From NCBI RefSeq assembly GCF_000196555.1, contig NC_015067.1, positions 510,001-542,000 of the forward strand: a DNA stretch of 32,000 bases, read 5' to 3'. Shown piece by piece: positions 13,583 through 21,117 of this stretch (its first letter is position 1; every line of letters begins with the position of its first letter). The notes under the pieces are model-generated. The model was not told where the DNA came from and made no database searches. It worked only from the letters and a program-made list of their open reading frames with translations. The translations under genes were made by a program, and so were the position numbers. This DNA is from Bifidobacterium longum subsp. longum JCM 1217 (GTDB lineage Bacteria; Actinomycetota; Actinomycetes; Actinomycetales; Bifidobacteriaceae).

Positions 13583-14956
13583 TCAGGAACCGATGGTGGG
13601 GGAGGGAACGTCTTCGAGCACCTGTGCGATCAGGCTTTCCGGAGTCGCGCCATCGAAGGTGGCTTCCGGAGTCAGCGTGATACGGTGTGCGAGCACGGCC
13701 ACTGCAAGGTCCTTGACGTCATCCGGCACCACGTAGGCACGGCCATCGGCCGCGGCCCAGATACGGGCGCATCGGGTCAGTGCCAAAGCGCCACGCATGG
13801 AGGAGCCGACCGTGATCTTCTCGTTGTGGCGGGTCGCCTCGACGAGCCTGACGATGTATTCACGAATCGCATTATCCACATAGATTTCGGTGGCCACCTG
13901 ACGCAGCCGCATGACATCGTCACCGCTCAGCACCGGGGAAATGGTCTGCGCACGGTCGGTGATATCGACCTGCTTGAGGATATCGACGGACACATCATGG
14001 CCCGGGTAGCCGATTGACGTCTTGATAAGGAATCGGTCCATCTGCGCCTCAGGCAGCTTATAGGTACCGAGCTGCTCGATGGGGTTCTGGGTTGCAATCA
14101 CGATAAACGGCTGCGGCACATCATGTGTGACGCCGTCAACGGTGACTTTCTGCTCTTCCATAACCTCCAGAAGTGCGGACTGCGTCTTCGGCGATGCACG
14201 GTTGATCTCATCGGCCAGCACGATGGAGGCGAAAATCGGGCCTTCGCGGAACTCAAATTCTCCGCGCTTCTGATCGTAGAAAGTCACACCCACCACATCC
14301 GAAGGCAGCAGATCGGGCGTGAACTGAACACGCTTGAAACCGGTGGAAATGGAATTGGCCAAGCCTCGGGCCAACTGGGTCTTACCGGTGCCGGGGTTGT
14401 CTTCAAGCAGAATATGGCCACCGACCATCAGTGCGGTGACGCATTGCTTGATAGGGATGGTCTTGCCGATAACCACCTTGGAGACATTTTCGACCAGCGC
14501 ATTGAAGGACTGCTGGAAATCCCGGACCTGAGCCGTGGGCTGGGGCAGTAGTCCGGAATTGATGCTGGCGGGCAGTGCCGATGCGGCTGCTTGCGCGGCT
14601 TTGCTCGACTGACGCTGCGGCTGTGATTGCGGCTGGGATTGCGCGGTGGCCTGCTGCGGGATGGCTGGCGTCGATCCCTTGCGCGGCTTGAGCACGGTGC
14701 TGTCATCGCCCGCAGGAATGGAGGCGGCATCAGTAGTAGGAGACGGCTTTTCTGACGGCGCTTGTGACGGCCGCTGCGGCAGGTTAGGCAGCGCAACGGA
14801 CTGCGGCGCCGACTCGGTGCTTGGGGTCGTGCCGGTGTGTGGTGCGGATGCCAGGTGCGTGGCGTCGGACAAGTGCGTGCTGTCGGATAGCTGCGTGCTG
14901 TCGGACAGACGGGTCGTGTCAGACAACTGCGTCGCGTCATCGATGTTCTCGCTCAT
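13583..14956 (-). CDS. MoxR-family AAA+ ATPase with a ~170-aa low-complexity Ser/Thr/Gln/Pro-rich N-terminal extension
   Basis: Walker A LLEDNPGTGKTQLA and Walker B IVLADEINRASPKTQSALLEVMEE, with MoxR-like context throughout. I place the start at ATG 14956 (MSENIDD...), not the track's 15298. A GGAGAA RBS lies 6 nt upstream, and this ATG is 10 nt past the upstream gene's stop. The longer ORF would overlap that gene by about 330 nt. Confidence 0.9.
   Translation of the reverse strand: MSENIDDATQLSDTTRLSDSTQLSDSTHLSDATHLASAPHTGTTPSTESAPQSVALPNLPQRPSQAPSEKPSPTTDAASIPAGDDSTVLKPRKGSTPAIPQQATAQSQPQSQPQRQSSKAAQAAASALPASINSGLLPQPTAQVRDFQQSFNALVENVSKVVIGKTIPIKQCVTALMVGGHILLEDNPGTGKTQLARGLANSISTGFKRVQFTPDLLPSDVVGVTFYDQKRGEFEFREGPIFASIVLADEINRASPKTQSALLEVMEEQKVTVDGVTHDVPQPFIVIATQNPIEQLGTYKLPEAQMDRFLIKTSIGYPGHDVSVDILKQVDITDRAQTISPVLSGDDVMRLRQVATEIYVDNAIREYIVRLVEATRHNEKITVGSSMRGALALTRCARIWAAADGRAYVVPDDVKDLAVAVLAHRITLTPEATFDGATPESLIAQVLEDVPSPTIGS
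14846..14935 (-). repeat. 5 x 18-bp in-frame tandem repeat encoding the hexapeptides ATQLSD TTRLSD STQLSD STHLSD ATHLAS
   Basis: The repeat is visible in the DNA (tgtcggacaagtgcgtgc / tgtcggatagctgcgtgc / tgtcggacagacgggtcg ...) and in residues 8-37 of the MoxR protein. Confidence 0.85.
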
Positions 14957-14966
14957 GGATGTTCTC

Positions 14967-17900
14967 CTACTGCTTGTGAATGGTGGTTGACGATATTGGG
15001 GTATTGCCGAAACCAAGAATCCAGGGGTTCTTGGCCAAAGTGGTGACATCGGTACCGGATTTGAGCGACTTGGTCCCCTCCGAGGAGTCAGAGGGACGTG
15101 TGCCCGCGACGCTGCCTCCGTCCGCAGTGTTGTCGAGACCGGAGTATCCCGGCCCGCCGGTGACTTTGACGCTCCACGCGTAGTTGCCATCGGCGGCCAC
15201 GGCCAAGTCGGTGACATCCAATGGCTGGCCGGAGTTCCACGTGAACGGTTGGCCATTGATGATGATTTGTACAGTGGCCGACTTGCCATAGACATCAACC
15301 GAACCGCCGGTGACGTTAATGACGTGAGCGTTGTCTGACCAGCGCAGCTCCTGCGGTTTGTTGATTACAGCCTTCTTCTCATAGGTGTAAGGAGCGCCAT
15401 TGTGCGGGCCTCCGGTGACGGCGTCGCTGGTAGCGCCGTTGAACACCTGTTGCACCGATGCGGTGTTGCATTTGGCCCAAGGACTCATTCGGAAGTCGAG
15501 TGAGTTCCGGTTAGTAGCTGTACCGGAATCGATGCCATCGGCAGTCACGCTGTAGGACTGCGCATGTCCCTGCTTGGTCCAATGCACGGTGCATGTACTG
15601 CCGGATCCGGTGGTGTAGACGTCAGTGGGCGGCTGGACCTTGTACTGCGGGACAAAGCTGCTCTTGCCCGTGCCGGAGGAAGCATCGCGCTGCGGCACCA
15701 CGGTGGCCGTTACGGTGATTTCCCGGGTGTTCAAATCGTTCTCATTGATATCGAACGTAGCGCCACTGTCACTGCAATCGATGGTGTCCTTGACGTCTCC
15801 TCCCAAGGAAATTCGCCGGCAGCCGGCATTGCGGTTATTGCCGAGAGTGACTTTCGCCGTTACCGTGGTGTCGTCGTTCGACAACGCAATGTTCGGCGCA
15901 TCCGGGTCTCCCCAGATCTTCTCTGACGGCGATGCGGCGGACTCGGCACTCCAATTGATTTTGTTATGGGCTTTGACGGTCGCCGTAATGGCGGTGCCAT
16001 CGGAAATGTCGTTGTTGTTGAACGTAAACGACAGCTCGGTGGCCGTATTGCCGGTTTCCTTGGTCTGCGGAGCACCTGCACCGGTGACGGTCACTGAATA
16101 GTTGTCGACGGCGCTGAAATCACCGCTCGGCGCTTTCCACGTCACCCTGGCGGTTTTATTGCCACCTGTGATCGTAACATCGGTGGGAGCGGACGGCACC
16201 TTGTCCGGTGTGGCTTCGACGGCGGTGGACGGCTTGGACCAGCCGACGTCATTTCGCGCGGCGACGGTGAAGGAATAGGTTTTGCCGTTCTTCAGACCAG
16301 TGACCTGGCATGAGGTGACGGCACCGCAATCCTTCTCTCCGGTGACGGCACCGGTCCAACTGACCTTGTAGTTGGTGATCGGGCTGCCATTGGCGGCACC
16401 GGGCGTCCATGTGAGGCTGACCGCGCTGTCCTGCGGTTCCCCGGCTACGGGGGAGAGCAGTGGCGGCTCGGGCTTGTCGATCACGGACACGGTAATCGAT
16501 GCGGTGACTTCACGATCCTTGGACTTGGTGCCGTCTTGCACGGTGACGAGCACGGTGTTCGTGGAAGCACCTACATCGGATGCGACGGCGATGGTGATGT
16601 TTCCGGAGGCATCGCATCCGGCGATGGTGAGTTTGGCGGCGTCATCCGCCTTGCAGCTGATGACGGTCAGCGAGGAATCGGGGAACGGATTGTACGCGCC
16701 GGTAAGCACGTTCACGGCATCGCTGGCACCGGCCTTGATCTTCAACGTCTTGTCGCCGACGCGTGTCAGCGGACGGGTCGAAGACACTACGCGCACGGTC
16801 ACACCGGCATTCACGGTGCCCGCGCCGTATGCGATTTGCACGGGAACGGACGCGGTGGTGCCAGGAGCGGCATCCTTGGTGGCGGAAACCTGCAAGCTAC
16901 CGGAACGGGACAGGTTTGCGGTGATTTGCCTGGATGATGAGCTTCCACCGGAATACGTGTATTGCTTTTCGTCGTCATACACGCCGGACGGTGCATGGGT
17001 GAGCGCCGTCAGATCAACGGTCTTGGGGTCCGCGCCCGCCTCGACATCAATAGTGGAGGACGAGAACGTGGGCGGCGGCACATCGCGGCCTATCACCGTG
17101 ATCTGGAGAGTGATCACTGCGGAATTGATGATCTTGGTCTTATCCGATCCCTGCTTGCCATCCACAGCGGTAAAGGTAATGGAGGCGGGGCCTGCGTAGT
17201 CTTTTGCCGCAGTGAACTTCAGGGTCTTGTCGTTCACGTAGAAATCGGAGTTGGAAGCCTTGGTGGCGCTGACGGAATCAGCGCTTTCGATATACGGTTC
17301 CTTGCCGGCGCCGACGCGGACATAGTCATTGATGTTGATTTCAATGGTCTCGCGCGAGTTGACCTTCAATTCCGGTGCCTTGGGACGCAGCGTGGGCGGA
17401 AAGACACCATAGGCCGGTACCTGGATGAACGCGGTGGAGGTGATGTTGTATTTCGTATTGGTCACCGTGTAAGGCACGGCTCGCGCCTGTGACGTCAGGT
17501 CGACGGTGATGGTGGTCGAATGCTCGCCGCCCTTGACGTGAGCGTGAGCGCTGGCGGAGGGATGCACGCCGACCTTGAGCTCATTGGCTGTGCCGGAAGG
17601 ATTGGCGATCCACTGGGAAACATCCACATCCACGGACTTCTTATCGATGGTGGCGGCGGACGGCACACGATAGTCGTAGGCGGTAGGCGGCTCGATGGCG
17701 GCACTCGGATCCACGTTTACCGTGAGGGTGGCCGTATCGGACAAGCCGGCCTTGTCTTTGACCGTGTAGGCGATATAGTCGGTGGTGGCGCTGTCGGGCG
17801 TGGTGAAGGAGAGCATATTGTCTTTCACGCTCACCCCGTCGAGACCTTGGACCTCGACATGCTTGTCGACGGTCAGATTGGTGTTGTCGCCGGAGATGTC

Positions 17901-20900
17901 GTTCTGCGCGACCGGCACGGTTGCGGCCGTATTGGGCCTCAACGTGATTTCGTCATCCCTGGCGTATACGCCGGAGTCGGACGATCCTTGGAATACGCCC
18001 ACGCGGATCTGCGCCTGTGCGCGCTGACCGGTCCAATCCTCCACGGCATAGGAGAAGGTGTCGGTGCCGGACGAATCCGGATACGCTTCATAGACCAAGT
18101 AGTCGGAACCGACTTCGGATATGCGGCCCAGCGTGGGTGCCTTGTTGCCCAGACCCAACAGCTGATTGTCGTCGCCATCCGTGTCTATGCCGGTCAGTGT
18201 GATGGGGATGCGGACCTTCTGCCCGGCGGCAACCTGCGCTTCGGCGTCATGCGGGGTTGGCGCGGCCTTGCTCGCTGCGTCGCTCTTATGCACGGTAATG
18301 GTGATATTGGCGGAAGCCACATTACCCAGATTGTCTTCAACCGTATAGGTGATGGGGAAGTTGCCGGTCTCGCTGGATGCTTGGTAGCGGACCGTGTCTC
18401 CAGAGACGAAGGCCAGACCCTTGAACGTCCCCTTGTCGTATTGCAGGTTGTTCTTGAGTTTGACCGTGGTGCCATCCGAGTAGGCCACATGGTCAAGCAC
18501 ATCCACGGACACGATGCCGTCGGTACGCACCTGGGCATTGATATTGCTGGCCTTGGGCACTGAATTCGAGGTGGCCAGAGCCGGCGGCTGCAACACGATG
18601 GTGCCCTTGGCGGTTCCGGAGGCGTTGGCCACGGTGTAGGTAAGGGCGACGGGCTTCGTGGGCACCTGACGCGCGGTGATATACACGCGCTTATGGCTGA
18701 CGAGACCAACCTTGATGCCGGAGTCGGCCGGTGCGCTCACCGTGGTGACGGACAGCACACCGCCCATCGGATCGACGTCATTGGTGAGCGGCTCCACAAT
18801 GGCGGTATTATCCGCGCCAAGCAGGGCGACATCGTTGGCGGCAACCGGTTTGGCGGCCTCGCCGGTGGCGGGCTGCACCTCGACTCGAGCCAATCCGGTG
18901 GCCGGAATCGAACCTTGAGTAATGATGTAGGGCACATAATAGGTGCCGGGATTGGTGGCCTTGAACGTCAACGACATATCCGCCGCATTGGTGGTCGTCG
19001 AAGCGCCGTTGGGCGTATCCACCTGAGTCAGTTGTGCCGGCTGCAAGGAAGTGCCATGCACATAAGAGGACAGCTTGACGACGGTATCCGTGTTGGGAAC
19101 GGTGGTTTTCGCTACCGGGTCGATGACCGCGGCCAAGGTGTTCGCGGGCTTGACCGAGAAATACACCATGCCGGTGCCGGTTGCCGTGCCGTCGGAGACG
19201 GTGACCTCGACGCCCACACGTCCCGACGCCAGCGCACCGGTGTTGAACGTAAGCTGGCCGTCGGCTCGGGTGGACACCTGCACCTGGTCGGTGTTCTGGG
19301 CCACAGCGGAGACCAGAGTGAGCGGGTCTCCATCCGGATCGTTGAAGCTGCTCAGCGCATTGGCGGTATAACTGGCTCCCTGCTCCACATCGATCTCGGG
19401 AGGAGTGTCGAACTGTACGGGAGCGTGGTTGCCTCCATCATTCAGGGTTACGGTCACCGTGGCGGAAGAGGTCTGGCCGCGACCATCGGAAATATCGTAA
19501 GTAAAGGTAACGGTGCCTGCGGATGCGGCGGAGGCATCGAGTTGCAGATACCGGCCGTCGTAAATCGGCGAAATGGTGACGTCTTTGTTGTTTGGTGCGC
19601 CAACCTTGGTGATTTTCAGTACGGAACAATCGGTCTGCTCGTCATTGCGCAGCGCGTCGAGAATCTGTTCCGAACCGGCTCGTGCGCCGATTTCATCATC
19701 CTCGGCTTTGATTTGGCCGGATTGTGCGGAACAGGTCTTGGAGAAGTCGTGGTGGTTGTTGGCCGAGTCGTTGTTCTGCTGTTCTTTCTCGGTCTGCTCG
19801 GTCTGTATTTTGTTCCACTGTATTTTGATGACTTTGGTGGAATCCTCAGGGTTCCACACATTGCCGTTAACCGTGTCGTTGAGCACCACAAGGCGATGGT
19901 TGGTGCGGAACACCAATTCGGAAGTAGTATTGACGGATTCGAGGGTTTGCGGCTTGACGCTGGTATCCGTGGGGGAGCAGGCGCGAATGTAGTTGCTGGC
20001 CTTCTGGCTCCAAGCCGAGTACACGCAGCCCTTGGACGATACCGGTCGTGCCGGATTCGCCTTGCCCCCGTTGGCTATGAAATTCGCCTTGGCATTGGAC
20101 TTCAACGGGATAAGCGCAAGGCCTCTCGGTGATGCCGCGGCCACCCAATCGGACTGTATGTCATCGGTGGGAGGCTCCTGAAGGGTGAGGGTGCCGGTCG
20201 TGTCGACATCGACGCGGCCGCCCTTGAATATGACGGTTTTGCCGGTTGCGATTACCGGCGTGCTCCCGATGACGGTAAAGCTTTCAACGGTCTGCTGCTT
20301 GCCGTCGGTCAGCGATTCGAGGGTTTTGACGTTGGCGCTGCTGGGATTGTCAAGACGCAGCACCATACCGTCGGATGGACGGTATCCGTAGACTTTGCCA
20401 TCGTGGGTTACTGCGATGCGCCCGCCCTCGCCCAGCTTTATTTTCGGATCGGAAGTGGTGGGGGTCACGGAATCAAGGTTTTCCGACAAGCCGGTCCACA
20501 CATTGCCGGTCTTCTCGTTGATCAGGGCTGCGGTATCCCCGCCGACCACAGTGGTGGTGCTGGCTTTGATGTCGGTCTTGACACCGGTGCTGACCGTGGA
20601 TGCCTTGATGGTGGAGGCTTTGGTCGTTTCGGTCAGGATGGTGTCGCCATTATGCTGTGCGATGTCGAATCGTGGGGCGGAGGAGGAGACGCCGGCGTCG
20701 GCCTCCTTGTTCTTTACGTTGAATCGTGCGGCCTTCTGGTTTTTCAGCGAAGTGACCCATACGGTGCCATCGTCCAGTTGCACATGGCGGCGCGTGACGG
20801 TGCTCATGATCACCGCGCCGGCAACAAGTCCCAGAAGCAGCAGGAGCGTGATTACGGGAACCGTCCACGTATGCCCTCCGGAGGGCATAAGGCGGCGCAA

Positions 20901-20951
20901 AGCCGCGCTGATGCGTCGGCGACGATCGTATGACTGGGACGATGTGGCCAT
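14967..20951 (-). CDS. Giant (1994 aa) N-terminally membrane-anchored surface protein with a beta-rich head, ~11 cadherin/Ig-like repeats and 4-5 fibronectin type III modules
   Basis: A short Arg-rich cytoplasmic tail precedes one TM helix (WTVPVITLLLLLGLVAGAVIMSTV, about 20796-20867). About 350 aa of beta-rich sequence follow. Then come ~95-aa repeats with cadherin-like acidic motifs (FNDPDGDPLTLVS, LTNDVDPMGGVLSV, GIDTDGDDNQLL), each ending in ...TVTV/ITV. Next are Fn3 modules (SLTWTPGAANGSPITNYKVSW...GKTYSFTVAARNDVGWS; ARVTWKAPSG...YSVTV). No LPXTG motif is present. A GGGAG RBS lies 5 nt upstream of the ATG at 20951. Confidence 0.88.
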   Translation of the reverse strand: MATSSQSYDRRRRISAALRRLMPSGGHTWTVPVITLLLLLGLVAGAVIMSTVTRRHVQLDDGTVWVTSLKNQKAARFNVKNKEADAGVSSSAPRFDIAQHNGDTILTETTKASTIKASTVSTGVKTDIKASTTTVVGGDTAALINEKTGNVWTGLSENLDSVTPTTSDPKIKLGEGGRIAVTHDGKVYGYRPSDGMVLRLDNPSSANVKTLESLTDGKQQTVESFTVIGSTPVIATGKTVIFKGGRVDVDTTGTLTLQEPPTDDIQSDWVAAASPRGLALIPLKSNAKANFIANGGKANPARPVSSKGCVYSAWSQKASNYIRACSPTDTSVKPQTLESVNTTSELVFRTNHRLVVLNDTVNGNVWNPEDSTKVIKIQWNKIQTEQTEKEQQNNDSANNHHDFSKTCSAQSGQIKAEDDEIGARAGSEQILDALRNDEQTDCSVLKITKVGAPNNKDVTISPIYDGRYLQLDASAASAGTVTFTYDISDGRGQTSSATVTVTLNDGGNHAPVQFDTPPEIDVEQGASYTANALSSFNDPDGDPLTLVSAVAQNTDQVQVSTRADGQLTFNTGALASGRVGVEVTVSDGTATGTGMVYFSVKPANTLAAVIDPVAKTTVPNTDTVVKLSSYVHGTSLQPAQLTQVDTPNGASTTTNAADMSLTFKATNPGTYYVPYIITQGSIPATGLARVEVQPATGEAAKPVAANDVALLGADNTAIVEPLTNDVDPMGGVLSVTTVSAPADSGIKVGLVSHKRVYITARQVPTKPVALTYTVANASGTAKGTIVLQPPALATSNSVPKASNINAQVRTDGIVSVDVLDHVAYSDGTTVKLKNNLQYDKGTFKGLAFVSGDTVRYQASSETGNFPITYTVEDNLGNVASANITITVHKSDAASKAAPTPHDAEAQVAAGQKVRIPITLTGIDTDGDDNQLLGLGNKAPTLGRISEVGSDYLVYEAYPDSSGTDTFSYAVEDWTGQRAQAQIRVGVFQGSSDSGVYARDDEITLRPNTAATVPVAQNDISGDNTNLTVDKHVEVQGLDGVSVKDNMLSFTTPDSATTDYIAYTVKDKAGLSDTATLTVNVDPSAAIEPPTAYDYRVPSAATIDKKSVDVDVSQWIANPSGTANELKVGVHPSASAHAHVKGGEHSTTITVDLTSQARAVPYTVTNTKYNITSTAFIQVPAYGVFPPTLRPKAPELKVNSRETIEININDYVRVGAGKEPYIESADSVSATKASNSDFYVNDKTLKFTAAKDYAGPASITFTAVDGKQGSDKTKIINSAVITLQITVIGRDVPPPTFSSSTIDVEAGADPKTVDLTALTHAPSGVYDDEKQYTYSGGSSSSRQITANLSRSGSLQVSATKDAAPGTTASVPVQIAYGAGTVNAGVTVRVVSSTRPLTRVGDKTLKIKAGASDAVNVLTGAYNPFPDSSLTVISCKADDAAKLTIAGCDASGNITIAVASDVGASTNTVLVTVQDGTKSKDREVTASITVSVIDKPEPPLLSPVAGEPQDSAVSLTWTPGAANGSPITNYKVSWTGAVTGEKDCGAVTSCQVTGLKNGKTYSFTVAARNDVGWSKPSTAVEATPDKVPSAPTDVTITGGNKTARVTWKAPSGDFSAVDNYSVTVTGAGAPQTKETGNTATELSFTFNNNDISDGTAITATVKAHNKINWSAESAASPSEKIWGDPDAPNIALSNDDTTVTAKVTLGNNRNAGCRRISLGGDVKDTIDCSDSGATFDINENDLNTREITVTATVVPQRDASSGTGKSSFVPQYKVQPPTDVYTTGSGSTCTVHWTKQGHAQSYSVTADGIDSGTATNRNSLDFRMSPWAKCNTASVQQVFNGATSDAVTGGPHNGAPYTYEKKAVINKPQELRWSDNAHVINVTGGSVDVYGKSATVQIIINGQPFTWNSGQPLDVTDLAVAADGNYAWSVKVTGGPGYSGLDNTADGGSVAGTRPSDSSEGTKSLKSGTDVTTLAKNPWILGFGNTPISSTTIHKQ

Positions 20952-21117
20952 CTGAACTCCCTGACCCCTGTTTTCTCTGGTTGCTGGTGTAATGACAACG
21001 CTTTACGGTTCCAATACCTGCCGTTCCTGTTGTCCATTTGGTGAATTCGCCGCTGCTGGGCGCACGTCTGATGCGATACGCAATGCCAGGGTGGCATGCC
21101 CGGCAGTGGCGAGCGGA

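Noticed and set aside
14957-15298. Upstream extension of the MoxR ORF to the track's start at 15298
   Set aside because: It would overlap the 3' end of the giant gene by about 330 nt and encodes Pro/Arg/Trp-rich nonsense. The ATG at 14956 has a GGAGAA RBS and sits 10 nt after the upstream stop.
12494-20132. Several long + strand ORFs (12494..13537, 16372..17199, 17520..18563, 18693..20132) opposite the DUF58 and giant-protein genes
   Set aside because: They are antisense to genes with clear family signatures. Their products are Gly/Arg/His/Val-rich with no motifs, so they are high-GC frame artefacts.
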